Positions 25,641-37,095 of a stretch of 64,000 nt of DNA are shown here, one piece after another. The position numbers and the translations under genes are program-made. Each line of letters opens with the position of its first letter. The stretch's first letter is position 1. This stretch comes from Centroscyllium fabricii (lineage: Eukaryota). A model generated the notes under the pieces. That model was given only the letters and a program-made list of their open reading frames with translations. It was not told the origin of the DNA and did no database searches. The stretch spans positions 290,160,001 to 290,224,000 of the forward strand of contig JBNRSN020000005.1 in NCBI GenBank assembly GCA_051313645.2, written 5' to 3'.

Positions 25641-27176
25641 CTATGGTCACAGGATAAAAACAACAGGGATCGCTAATACTGAAATGCTGCAGACAGTCTT
25701 ACTAAGGTAAAAATCTTATCAGAGACCCTAAAGAATGAGAACATCATTACTTCAGTAATGGAATGTATTGTTAATTGGAGTGTGGATTGCACAAAATTAG
25801 GTCATTGTAATTTTTTTAAAGCCAGCTGCAGGTTAAAGCAACTACATATTACCTTAACTACTGCTAAAAAAGTCCATCTTTTACAATGTAGGAGATGGAT
25901 GAAGCTTTTTTTTCCACTCCCCTCACTAATCACTTACAGGAAAAACTCTTTTTACCGGCACCTAAATATCCAGAAATCTCTCTAAACCGGCAAAATTCAG
26001 TTTTACTATATTAGTGGCCGTGTATCTGGGGTTCCTGGATCTGTGGCCGTATATCCGGGGTTCCTGCACCTGTGGCTGTGTACAGGGCTCTCGTACCTTG
26101 GTAAGTATACCTCTGTAATCCAGACTTTTTGATCAACCGGCACCACACTAGTCCCAGATAAAAAAAGGTTCCTGAATATGCTTCCTAGCAGCCAATGAAA
26201 GAACAGAATCACACACTTGAGTGCAAAGACTTGGCTAGGGTATGAAAACCCTGTCACTAGATCAAATTTTCAAGCACTTGCTTAAACCACTGCATTGCTC
26301 GAGTTAGTCTGCTGGTGAATAATTTAATTTCAAGCCAAACGTTATTCTATTTGTAATATTAATGCTGTTTTACACTCCTTTATGGAAGAGATTTACAAAA
26401 GCACCGCCCTACTGTGCAATGTACCCAGATTTCAAAATGTACATTAAAATCTATGATCCACATTAAGTCATAAACATTTCTAAAATTGTGTAGTAGTCAT
26501 GAATAAATACTCCCTACAGTATTATTTCCCTCCGATCTCTGCACTATAATCCTTCCTATAATTGATCCGATGGGCTCACAGACCTCTAATGTTTTTGTAA
26601 AACTAGATGACTTTCTTATAATCTCCTCAAGGGGTCTAGCACATTACCCTGGGCTCAGTTATCGGTCCACGGTAACAAAATTACATCTTACTGCGCTGAA
26701 GAGTAACACTGTCTTACACAACTATTTGCCAGTACTACTCAACTAATCCACCAACGAGGGTGTCGGTACGGGTGTGATGTTTCCAGCCGCCTTTCTCTCG
26801 CACAGTGCCACAGTGTGGAAGCGGAGGTTTTTTTTTTTAAAAAGTCCTGCATGACTTCAAGTGGTTCTTGGTCAGCCTCGACGCCTACACCAATCTGGAG
26901 GGCACCTTGATTGTGGTGCCTGCAGGGCTCCCTTTGTGTTAAAAGTTCTCATCTGACATGGGGATATGCCTGAATAGTTGCAGTTGTCAGCAACTGATGG
27001 GTTCAGAGACAGCTGCTGCTTCTGCTGTGTGCCTTTGGATCTCTGATTAACAATTTAGTCTCAGAAATGAAACATTTTGGTGGAGCAAAGCAGCCTGAAA
27101 ACACACAGCTACATCAAGGCGAGTTTGTGATATCAGTTTTTTTAATCAAGCACTTGCAAAAATTTTTTCCCTGTAG

Positions 27177-27372
27177 GTTTGTCCAGCTGGCTCCTCAGTA
27201 TTACTTCAGTAACCTACCCCCCAGTGAGAGCAAAGAACTCCTACAGAAAATTATTGATCACTTCTCAAAACTGCCAACAGATGGAGAAGAGCAACACGTA
27301 ACAAGCAAAGAGAACGAGAAACCAGAAGAAAACCTCAGCCACCAGAATGAAGACAGATGTGCCATTCAATGA
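27177..27372 (+). CDS. DHX32: DHX32 last coding exon, ends ...EDRCAIQ*
   Basis: tag|G TTT GTC CAG...TGA; FVQLAPQYYFSNLPPSESKELLQKIIDHF. Confidence 0.93.
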
Positions 27373-27589
27373 TGGACTAACTTTCTGGATTGGGCAAAAC
27401 GATGCAAACAATAATAAGGGCCAAAAGCTTACCATGTTTACATGTTGTGGTGTGAAGTCACACAAAGCCTCTCCAGGGATCTGAAAGGCTTTAATCCTGT
27501 TTAGAGCCGACTCCATAGTTTCTCTATGCTGGTTAAATTTTAGCCCAGATGTATTACTTTGTTTAAAAGTTTTAATATTCCTTTGTCTA

Positions 27590-27595
27590 AATAAA
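27590..27595 (+). terminator. Candidate DHX32 polyadenylation signal AATAAA
   Basis: Canonical AATAAA about 220 nt after the DHX32 stop codon. Confidence 0.6.
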
Positions 27596-27623
27596 ATCTA
27601 GATTCAAACATCACAAAATTAAT

Positions 27624-27629
27624 TTTATT
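27624..27629 (-). terminator. Candidate BCCIP polyadenylation signal (second candidate at 27715-27720)
   Basis: TTTATT on + equals AATAAA on -, about 300 nt after the BCCIP stop. Confidence 0.55.
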
Positions 27630-27748
27630 TCTCCATTCAAAAGATTTCATGCGCACTGCATTAAAATATCAAATAGGATAAAATAACTGCACAGTATTTA
27701 CAGTTTGGAAGTTATTTATTTACCCAAAATGAATGGTTTCTAGTTACA

Positions 27749-27904
27749 TAATAGCAAAATACTGTGGATGCTGAAAATCTGAAATAACAGAAAATGCTGG
27801 AAATACTCAGCAGGCCAGACAGCATCGGTGGAGAGAGAAACAGAGTTAACGTTTCGGGTCTGGGACCCTTCATCGGATGAGTATTTCCAGCTTTTTTCTG
27901 TTGA
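27749..27904. mobile_element. Second Penelope-like family fragment inserted in the BCCIP 3' UTR
   Basis: 12-bp direct repeat TTTCTAGTTACA (27737-27748, 27905-27916); short inverted end GCTGGAAATACTC/GAGTATTTCCAGC; degenerate hammerhead core. Confidence 0.55.
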
Positions 27905-27921
27905 TTTCTAGTTACAGTTGG

Positions 27922-28092
27922 TTATATCGATAGGTATTCTTTGAGTTTGTCCAAAACTGCATTTATGCGGTCAGAAGGAATTAGCATAATTGTGCGAAGA
28001 GGTTTCATAGGAACGTCACTGAAAGACCAGCGTCCAGACAGGCAGCTGTCGGTCTCCTCTTCCACGGAGTAGCTGAATTTCAGGATAGCTTG
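27922..28092 (-). CDS. BCCIP: BCCIP exon 7 (last, beta-type C-terminus)
   Basis: ag|CAA GCT ATC CTG AAA TTC...TCG ATA TAA; QAILKFSYSVEEETDSCLSGRWSFSDVPMKPLRTIMLIPSDRINAVLDKLKEYLSI*. Confidence 0.94.
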   Translation of the reverse strand, partial: QAILKFSYSVEEETDSCLSGRWSFSDVPMKPLRTIMLIPSDRINAVLDKLKEYLSI

Positions 28093-28337
28093 CTAAAACA
28101 AAGGCAGATAATTTAGAACTGGAAAGTTAAACTAAAAACACAAACATTTAACAAATAAAACGATGCATTTCTTCAGTTTAAATAAATAGTAATGGGCACA
28201 TCTCCATTGTTAGATTTCTTTCCTTATTTGCAGATCTCATTAAACATGAAACTCAGCCATGCAATAAAAGCATAATTGATCTAACCTACCAAATACAAGG
28301 TTTTTTTTTTGAGGCGGGGAGGGAGGGAGAAACTCAC

Positions 28338-28509
28338 CTCATAGAAGAACTCATCTTCCGCATTTGCAAACATTAATTCTTCTTTCTTCTTCCCCTTTTG
28401 CTGTGGCTTGGTTTTCTTTCCCACTTCCAGACAGGCCTTGCTGATCATAAGGTAATAATGACACTTGCCACAAGGTTTATTGGTCCTCTGGGCGTCAATC
28501 AATTCAGTC
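28338..28509 (-). CDS. BCCIP: BCCIP exon 6
   Basis: TELIDAQRTNKPCGKCHYYLMISK...LMFANAEDEFFYE|gtgag. Confidence 0.94.
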
Positions 28510-28644
28510 CTAAACACAGTCAAAATAATATGGGAATCAATCAAAAATACTAGGAAAAATTCCACGAGATAAGTACACTACATACAAATGGGATGGTTTG
28601 GTACATACAAATGGGATGGCAAACCAAAGTGTAATTTTTTGCCT

Positions 28645-29236
28645 CAGAGACATGGACCAGGTACAGCAGGCACCTCAAAGCACTGGAGAGGTACCACCAA
28701 CGCTGCCTCCGCAAATCCATTGGCAGGATAGGCGCACCAACGTCCGTGTTCTTGCTGAGGCCAACATCTCCAGCATCAAAGCTTTGACCACGCTCGATCA
28801 GCTCTGATGGACGGGTCACATTGTCCGTCCGCATGCCCGATTACGAGACTCCCAAAACAAGCGCTCTACTCGGAGCTCCGGCACAGCAAGCGAGCCCCAG
28901 GTGGGCAGAGGAAACGCTTCAAGGACATCCTCAAAGCCTCCTTGAAAAAGTGTAACATCCCTGACACCTGGGAATCCCTGGCCCAAGACCGCACAAAGTG
29001 GAGAAGCATCCGGGAGGGCGCCAAACACCGAGTCTCTTCGCCGGGAGCAAATAGAAGCCAAGCGCAAGGAGCGCACGTCAACCCAAGCACCCCATCCACC
29101 CGCCCCTTCAACCACCGTCTGCCCCACCTGTGACAGAGACTGTAGGTCCCACATTGGACTCACCAGTCACCTGCCAACTCATTTTTAATGTGGAAGCAAG
29201 TCATCCTTGGTTCCGAGGGACTGCCTAAGAAGAAGA
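28645..29236 (+). mobile_element. RTE-clade LINE 3' fragment
   Basis: RLPKQALYSEL...GGQRKRFKDILKASLKKC...WESLAQDRTKWR; (AAG)n tail. Confidence 0.85.
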
Positions 29237-29909
29237 ATTGTTTAAACAAGATATTACAAGTAAATCAGTGTGCCATCTTGCAAATAAAGTATGTCATTCT
29301 AACATTGGACATAACTTTTAAATTCTCCCTCACCACCAGCCTTAATCCACTAGTATCACAGCAGTATCATTAGCTAGTAAGTTTTTGCACTAGTGAGGAG
29401 TGGGCGAGAAAGATAAATATTTTTCACACATGCAGGTTTGCAAAAGAAAGCATTCATCAGCCCCATCCTCTACATCCACGCACCCCTGCCCCCGCCCACC
29501 CCAAGCAATCTTTGGGGTTGGGGGAGGGGGGTGAAAAAACCATAGGAAAAATCTTGGAAATTTCTCTCTGACTCAAAGGCAAATAAACAAGCGTCACTAC
29601 CCCACAGCAACTGGGAGGCACATCTACCAAACCATATATATGTAGTTATTGTCGGAATGTGGGCCACGCAGGCACATCCATACCTATTGTACATCTCTAG
29701 CTGCCTGAAGGAGTTGACTTGTGGGAAATTCATTTAATTCATTATTTTTTTTAATGCCCTGTCCTACCTGCACTCCCACTTTAAACGATCTACATATCTA
29801 TATACCCATAGATGCCTCTGCTCCTGCACTCTATTAAAGAATCTAACCATTTAGGGTACAGTTCCTTGCACATTTCTTGTTCCCAAAATGTACACATCAC
29901 ATTTGTCTA

Positions 29910-30212
29910 CTAGGGGGCATAGTCTCAGGATAAGGGGCTGACCATTTAGGACTGAGATGGGGAGGAATTTCTTCACTCAGAGGGTTGTGAATTTTTGAAA
30001 TTCTCTGCCCCAGAGAGCTGTGAATGCAGAGTTTTTGAGTATATTCCAGGCTGAGAGAGATAGATCGATTTTGGGACTCACGGGGAATCAAGGGATATGA
30101 AGATCGGGCGGGAAAGTGGAGTTGAGGTTGATGATCAGCCGTGATCTTATTGAATGGTGGAGCAGACTCAAGGGCCAATATGGCCTACTTGTGATTCTTA
30201 TGTTCTTATGAA
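29910..30212 (+). mobile_element. CR1-type LINE 3' end
   Basis: ggaatttcttcactcagagggttgtga... ending in a ttcttatg tail. Confidence 0.8.
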
Positions 30213-31310
30213 CACTTATCTGCCCACTCCACCACATTTTCCACACTTTGCCATGCCCCCTAATTTGTTATCACAGCTTTGCTCTGACCTGTTGGTTATG
30301 GGATCATTTAGCTGCTTTTGGTCTTTTAAGATGTAGGTAGCCCTCGATTATAGGTTTCCTTCATTATAAAAGGGGTGTCTGCTGTTGCTCTGAGCATGCC
30401 TTTTTACACTCCCAATTGAACTAGAGTTGATTTTCCAACTTGTTGGTGATGGAAGCTATGAGGTCACAAACTGTGGCAGCATGCAATTGTGCTGTTGGTG
30501 ATGACCCTTAGCGCTTTATGGATGCCCAGTTGTAAGCTGCCAAATCTGTACTTACGTCTGTCGTACTTTTCAGCCATCCCATAATAGTACATCATACTGT
30601 GCTGAATTAGGGGCAGTTTCCAGCTGAATGCTCTTACCAGGAAAATGAAAAGCAAATTAGTACCCTTACTACTCTACTATGATGGGCATTTTCAGCTTAG
30701 GCAGCCTGAGAAACTGTCTGTGCAGCTGGTTTAGTGTTGCCTGGAAAATGAAGTTGGACTGCAGGTGCCCAGACACAATTGTTCCACTTTTGGTGACATT
30801 TACTGTACCTTAACCAGATGGCATGGGGATGATGGGAGTAGCTGAGTTAAAGATGTACCAACACACACTTAAAAAAATACTTATACAGCTCTTAAGTTTA
30901 AAATTAAATCTTATCCCTAAACATCAACCAACATCACTAATACACTGCTGGCCCACATTCGGATTTAACAGCCTAGGGTTAAGAGTTCAAAGTACAGATT
31001 TAGGCCACCGAACAAACACACCTTTTACTTGTCTTATCTGCTTACAAGTTCTTATGGAATGCATATTATTAACTAGCAAGTACAATTATCACAGTAGGTT
31101 CTGAGCAACAGTCTACTTTTCCGACAGTCTACTCCAAACATGAATCAATACCTTGTTTCCGATAATGAGGGACTCATCTCAATTAACCAGTTCCACTGTA
31201 TTAATTTATGTCACTAGATTAGAAATGTATCAGGTCCCCCCCCCCCCCACTTGGATTGTTCACCAACAGGCCTTTTATTATAACATAATAGCTCAGCATG
31301 GGGTCCTTAC

Positions 31311-31495
31311 TGGAGCTGTTTGTGCAAGGGCAGAGAGATCTGAGGTGGCACATTAATGAAGCGCTCACTGATGAGAAAGCCGACCGGCTTGCTGTTGTCA
31401 TTTAGGATTTTGTCCAGCTGCTCAGCTACACTCTGGTGATGGGTCTCGCACTGGCTCTGAACCAATTCTTTAATCTGTTCAACAGACTCAGTTCC
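31311..31495 (-). CDS. BCCIP: BCCIP exon 5
   Basis: tag|GGA ACT GAG...CTC CA|gtaagg; GTESVEQIKELV...KPVGFLISERFINVPPQISLPLHKQL. Confidence 0.94.
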
Positions 31496-31940
31496 CTAGA
31501 GATCATAGAAAGACATTAGTCAGCCATACTGTGATTTATACTGTTCCTGTATATTAAAAAACAATTCACAAACTATAAAAAGTGTACTGAAATGGCACAC
31601 AATTTTCAGAAAAACTTGCAAACATATCATTCAAGTTATTGAAAAGGTTACAAAAGCTAAACAGCCATTATTCGATATGCAGTGGCTTGAAAAGTTTATT
31701 GCAGCTGTTACATGGAAGAAACACCATGCTTATTTTGAAAGCTATTAGGGAAATAAATTGTATTAAAGACTTTTATTATTGGTTTCTGCTTTCTATTCAT
31801 TTAACTTTACACTGTAATGACACAGAAAACCTTTCCAATTGGAGTGCATACAGTGGATGTTAATTTAGCTTTGGAGAATATGCAAATCAAAATTATTAGA
31901 GTGCTGTTACCATAGTTTAAGCAAACTTCAATTTAGTCAG

Positions 31941-32320
31941 ATAGAAACAAGGAGCAGGAGTAGGCCATTCGGCCCTTCGAGCCTGCTCCGCCATTCAATG
32001 AGATCATGGCTGATCATCCAAACCCAGTACCCCGCCCTCTCCCCATATCCCTCTCGAGCCTGCACCGACACATATCCCACCCTATCCCCGTAACCCCACA
32101 TATTCAATCCCCCTAACACTAAGGGTCAATTTATCATGGCCAATCAACCTAACCCGCACATCTTTGGACTGTGGGAGGAAACCGGAGCACCCGGAGGAAA
32201 CCCACGCAGACACGGGGAGAATGTGCAAACTCCACACAGATAGTACCCGAGGCTGGATTTGAACCCGGGTCTCCAGTGCTGTGAGGCAACAGTGCTAACC
32301 ACTATGCCACCGTGCCACCC
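31941..32320 (-). mobile_element. HE1-like V-SINE, full length
   Basis: Reverse complement of 17980-18365. Confidence 0.88.
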
Positions 32321-34207
32321 TGGTGTGCTTTTAATAATTATAATGTCTCTTTGTAAATGGTTTTAGAACCGCTTCTTAATTAGGTACCCCCGTATATTCT
32401 GGTTTCAATTAATTGGGCCAATATCTAAAAAATATATATGTCGTGCCATACTAATTTTCTTGTGTTTAAAATTAGACCAAAAAATAAAGGTTTCTCAATT
32501 AATCATACTTCTACAGCAGGAAAATTGGAATTATTTCATGAACTTCTAAAGGAAAATTATCACATCTATAATTAGGTAATAAAGGTTAATCGGTACAATT
32601 GAAGTTTTCACAGCACCGGCCTCATCTCTTCACATAGCTTTCTCCAGCCCTTCCTTAATTCTCAATCTACTTCCCCTCGCTTCCTAGTTTGATTATTTTC
32701 CTTTTTAAGACTCACTATCTATTCCTCCACTCACATCATTTCTTCGTAGCAGTGCATTTCTTGAATTTAAGAATCTTGCCAGATTGAGCTTCTATCATTT
32801 CTGAACTGGGTTGTTTTTGTACCTTGAACTGCACAAAACCATCTCTTCTTGACCAGTTAACAGTGCTCAAATTTTTTAAGCTTATATTGTACAGGATTTA
32901 CACCCATCGTGGCATAAATTCAGTATGAAAACCCAAAATGCGGAGCAGCTGAATTGCACACATCAAAAGCAGTTCTGTCATATAAATGGGGCATTAAACG
33001 TGCCACACCAAGAATCAAAATTACTAGGTAGTCAAAGACATTAAGGAATACAAATATTCCAGACCCATTAAAAAGTTTTTGTTACCAAACCATAAGATAC
33101 ATTAACAGCAGCCAATTTCTATTACAGTCCTGCAGCGGTTCAAGAAGGCAGCTCACCACCACTTTCCCAAGTGCAATTAGTGATGGGCAAGAAGTGCTGG
33201 CCTGGCCAACGATGCCCACATCCCATGAATGAATAAATAAAGTGTAACTTCTACAATTGCAGCACAGGTGGCCATTTGGCCCATTGTGCCGGTGCTTGCT
33301 GGCATTCCATGTTCTAATAGCCTTCCATGTAAACAACATTTCCTCGAACTTCTTCCTTCATTATTCTGGTTATAATCTTGAGTCAATGCCTCGTTATTAC
33401 CAATTTGACAAACAGCGGAAACAATCTTTCACTACCCTCCAAAACTTTCAGAATTTTGAAAGCCTCTATTTGATTTCACTTCAATCCCTAATGATAATCT
33501 TTCATTCCGGATTATCATTCCAGTCAATCTTCACTGCACCTTTTCCATAAGCTCCAATATCTTTCTGACAATGGAGTGCCCAAAACTGCAATCAAAACTC
33601 CAACTAGGATCCAACTAAAAATGTTCCTCTATATACAAAATACAGAATCCCATTTACTTTTTTTAAGGCCTGTTCAACCTGCACTTCCACTTTTAAAGAA
33701 CTACATATCTACAGCCATAGATCCCACTGCTCCTGAAATCTATCAACAATCTAACCATTTAGGGTATAGTTCTGTGCACTGTACTTGTTCCCAAATTGTA
33801 CACATCACATTTGTCTACAATGAACTGCATCTGCCATTTAGCCAAACTATATCTTCCTGCACTCTCTTGCATTCTTCCTCACACTTTGCTATGCTCCCTC
33901 ATTTGATTTCAGTGGAAATAATTCCCATTTGTGGGGATAGTTACCCTCCGCCCCGGTAGGGGGCGACGGAGGGTAAACAGAAAGTGAAAGTAAAATAAAG
34001 AAGCAGTCTCGAGAGTTAATGGCTGAACGAATACATCCCGTGTCCGTGTGTTGATCACATTACACCATTGTGCATATGTTTAAATAAGTTACTGAAAAAG
34101 GAGAACAAGACATTCCAGTAAAGATCCCTGGGGCACACCGCTACCCGTATTCTGCAAATCCAAAATACACCCATTTACCCGATGCTTGGGATCTCTGTCC
34201 TCTAACC

Positions 34208-34606
34208 CAGCGGTCCCCAACCTTTTTCGCACCACGGACCAGTTTCATGCAAGACAATTTTTCCACGGACCGGGGGGAAGAATCACGCGCATAACAAAAC
34301 ACAATAAAGTGCATATTATATAACAGGGGTGGCCAAAGTGTGGCTCGCGAGCCGCATGCGGCTCTTGGCACTTCTACCTGTGGCTCTGATATTTTTTTAA
34401 CATTTTTTTCAAATATTTAATCAAAACAAACGGACTTGGTCTTTAATTAATTTTTTTAAAGCTTTTTTTGGCTCTTTACGAACAATTTTTTCAGAAAAAT
34501 AAAATGGATTTTTTTTATTTAAATGTTTTTATTTTTTCTGTGCGGCCCGGTACCAAATGATCCACGGCCCAGTACCGGTCCGCGGCCCGGTCGTTGGGGA
34601 CCCCTG
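34208..34606. mobile_element. hAT (Charlie-type) MITE
   Basis: TIRs CAGCGGTCCCCAAC / GTTGGGGACCCCTG; perfect 8-bp TSD CTCTAACC; a second hAT-like end inside at about 34324. Confidence 0.9.
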
Positions 34607-35338
34607 CTCTAACCATTCTATGCAGCTACATTTCCATACCATGTGCTCTCATTTTTGTAACACTCCTCTTATGTGAAGAACACATACACACACACATCCA
34701 TTAATTGCATTCCCATTATCTGCAATCTTCCCAAAATACAAGAACATAAAGTTAATTACACTGGTCAAGCATTAGCTGCCTTTACGAATCTATGTTGACT
34801 GTCCCCGATTAGTCCATGTCTGAGTATTCAGCAATTTCATCCTAAATAAATGAACTGTAGAAGTTTACCCACAATGAAAGTAAAACCAGTTAACCGATCA
34901 TTTCCTGCCTTATACATTTCCCTTTATGAACAGGGATGTAACATTTCTAGCCCCCAGTCCTTTGGCACAATTCCAGTTTGGGGAAAATTAAGATTAGTTT
35001 GCATGCTTCAGAGGGCGAGAACAGCCAGAAAAAATACAGTAGTTGTATTGCCTGTCTCCAAGGAAAAGCACCAAGGGAATTTTGATCACAGCAACTTGGC
35101 ACATGCCCTATATTCCATGAACCTAAAGGTTGAGCTTCGTCACTGTCTCCAATAATTGCTAAATATTTTTTTTGGTCCTCAAGAGGATTTTCAAAGCAGT
35201 CAAGCAAAACAAGTATTAACTGGCTAACATAAAAACTACTAAGCCATCATTTTACAAGCAAATCCAGCATGATGAATAACTCAATCCCAAACATAATGCA
35301 ACTTTCTGGTCAACTCAGTTAAAGCGTGGTGTACTTGC

Positions 35339-35428
35339 CTTTCTTTCAGTCATATTTAAAACAGTGATGAACCCAAAGACATCTTCTTCATCGTCTTCAT
35401 CACTACTTTCATCCAATATCTCAGCTTG
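35339..35428 (-). CDS. BCCIP: BCCIP exon 4 (followed by a GC donor)
   Basis: aag|CAA GCT GAG...AGA AAG|gcaagt; QAEILDESSDEDDEEDVFGFITVLNMTERK. Confidence 0.92.
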
Positions 35429-36822
35429 CTTTAAAATAGAAAATGATCCAGTTATACCATACAGTGACGCCTATATCCATGCTAAGCCAACCATACAAAG
35501 TTTTATTTCCATTTAATACCTGGAAATACAGTGCATGTCACATGACATACATCCAGTTTTCTTTTGAACCTCATCAGCAGTTATTTCCTCTACATATGAT
35601 TTCTTATTTCGGTTAAAGCAAGCCCTTTTATTCCAGAATATATGTACACCTGCACTATAAATATTATAGTATACTATTTACAGGTTACCAAATAGCACAA
35701 TACATCACAGTAACCAAGGAGTCAAGATCAGTTTTCATTATTCTAACCGAAGATGCTCCTCTAGCTTGCAACACCCTACAAAATGTCATTCGTATAATAA
35801 ATACCAGTGTCAGGAAAAATATAGAAATTTTGTTGGCAGAAATAAGGCAGTTAATCTTAAATATATTCTGATAAAGCACCACATCAGAAACATTAACCCA
35901 TCTTTCTCCTTTAGATCATCAACTTGCTGTGCATCTCCAACATTTTCTCTTTTATTCTTTTGACCGTCTGCATGAAAGTACCTGTAGTACCATTTCAAAC
36001 TGCCAGCATGCCCTTGAATAATCGATCTGAAGGAAAATGTGCTGTGAAACCTGATGAATAGTAATACCAGGATTTATTTCACTGCACATTAGAGGGAAAT
36101 ATGCTTTATATATACAGGCGTCCATGACAGTTATACATCTCTTGAACACTACCCGCTTGTTATGCAACCTAAACTCTGTTACATCACAGCTTTGAAATAG
36201 GACTACAAATAATAGATCCATTGCTGGTGTTTGAGGAAGTCATCGTAGTGATACTGAACTATTGTCGTCTGCTCATAACATAAATGCTTCATCTTTGAAT
36301 AGATCTCATACCTGCATTGTATTGATGAAATCGTATTAAGAGTATGAAACACTGGAAGTCACGGTTTTACGCCTAGAAAAATAATGCCAGGGAGTGCTCT
36401 TCTTATATTGATGCCAATAGATTTTACACAGTAGATGAACGATTGTTTTGCTAAGGGAATTTTATTTTTAGTGCTGATTCTAAATAAATTATGCATTTAC
36501 TTCAGAAAAACATTTTTAGTTACAGATTCTCAACAGTAAATGTGAACAGCGCCTTTACTTTGTAGCATTATCGTTATCATGTTCGTTCATAAAACTGTAA
36601 AGGTTAATGTTGAGTAACTAAAAATTTAAATTTATCCGAGAGTCAAACTCAACTCTGTTCCGAGTTCATCAACCTATTCCAGCGATGCAGGTGAAGATCA
36701 AAAACAAGGAGCAACATTTTATTAAACAAAGGCTTTATTCTTTCCCTCAGTTCTGATCTGGTATATTGTCATAGATTTTAAGAACTTATATTGTCACCAC
36801 TCTGTGATTGCAGCTGCCTTAC

Positions 36823-36903
36823 CCGAATGACACTTCCGACATGATTTTGCTTTATAATGACACCAGCTAGTTCAGCGATGTTTACACTGGCCTTGAGAAA
36901 TAA
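36823..36903 (-). CDS. BCCIP: BCCIP exon 3
   Basis: cag|TTA TTT CTC AAG...ATT CGG|gtaagg; LFLKASVNIAELAGVIIKQNHVGSVIR. Confidence 0.93.
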
Positions 36904-37020
36904 CTGCAAACAAAAAGATAATAATAAAAAGAGTGCATCATTACAACTGTGGTAAGCATACATTAACTTAGCCACACAAAAACTGACTACTTCTAAATAT
37001 TTTCACATTTTCCAAGTTAC

Positions 37021-37095
37021 CTGTTGTAGCAATCTCTTGATTCCATAATAATCGTTGTCAGATATGGTATGCGCTTCAAAATCTACTTGCACCTC
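37021..37095 (-). CDS. BCCIP: BCCIP exon 2
   Basis: cag|GAG GTG CAA...CAA CAG|gtaac; EVQVDFEAHTISDNDYYGIKRLLQQ. Confidence 0.93.
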
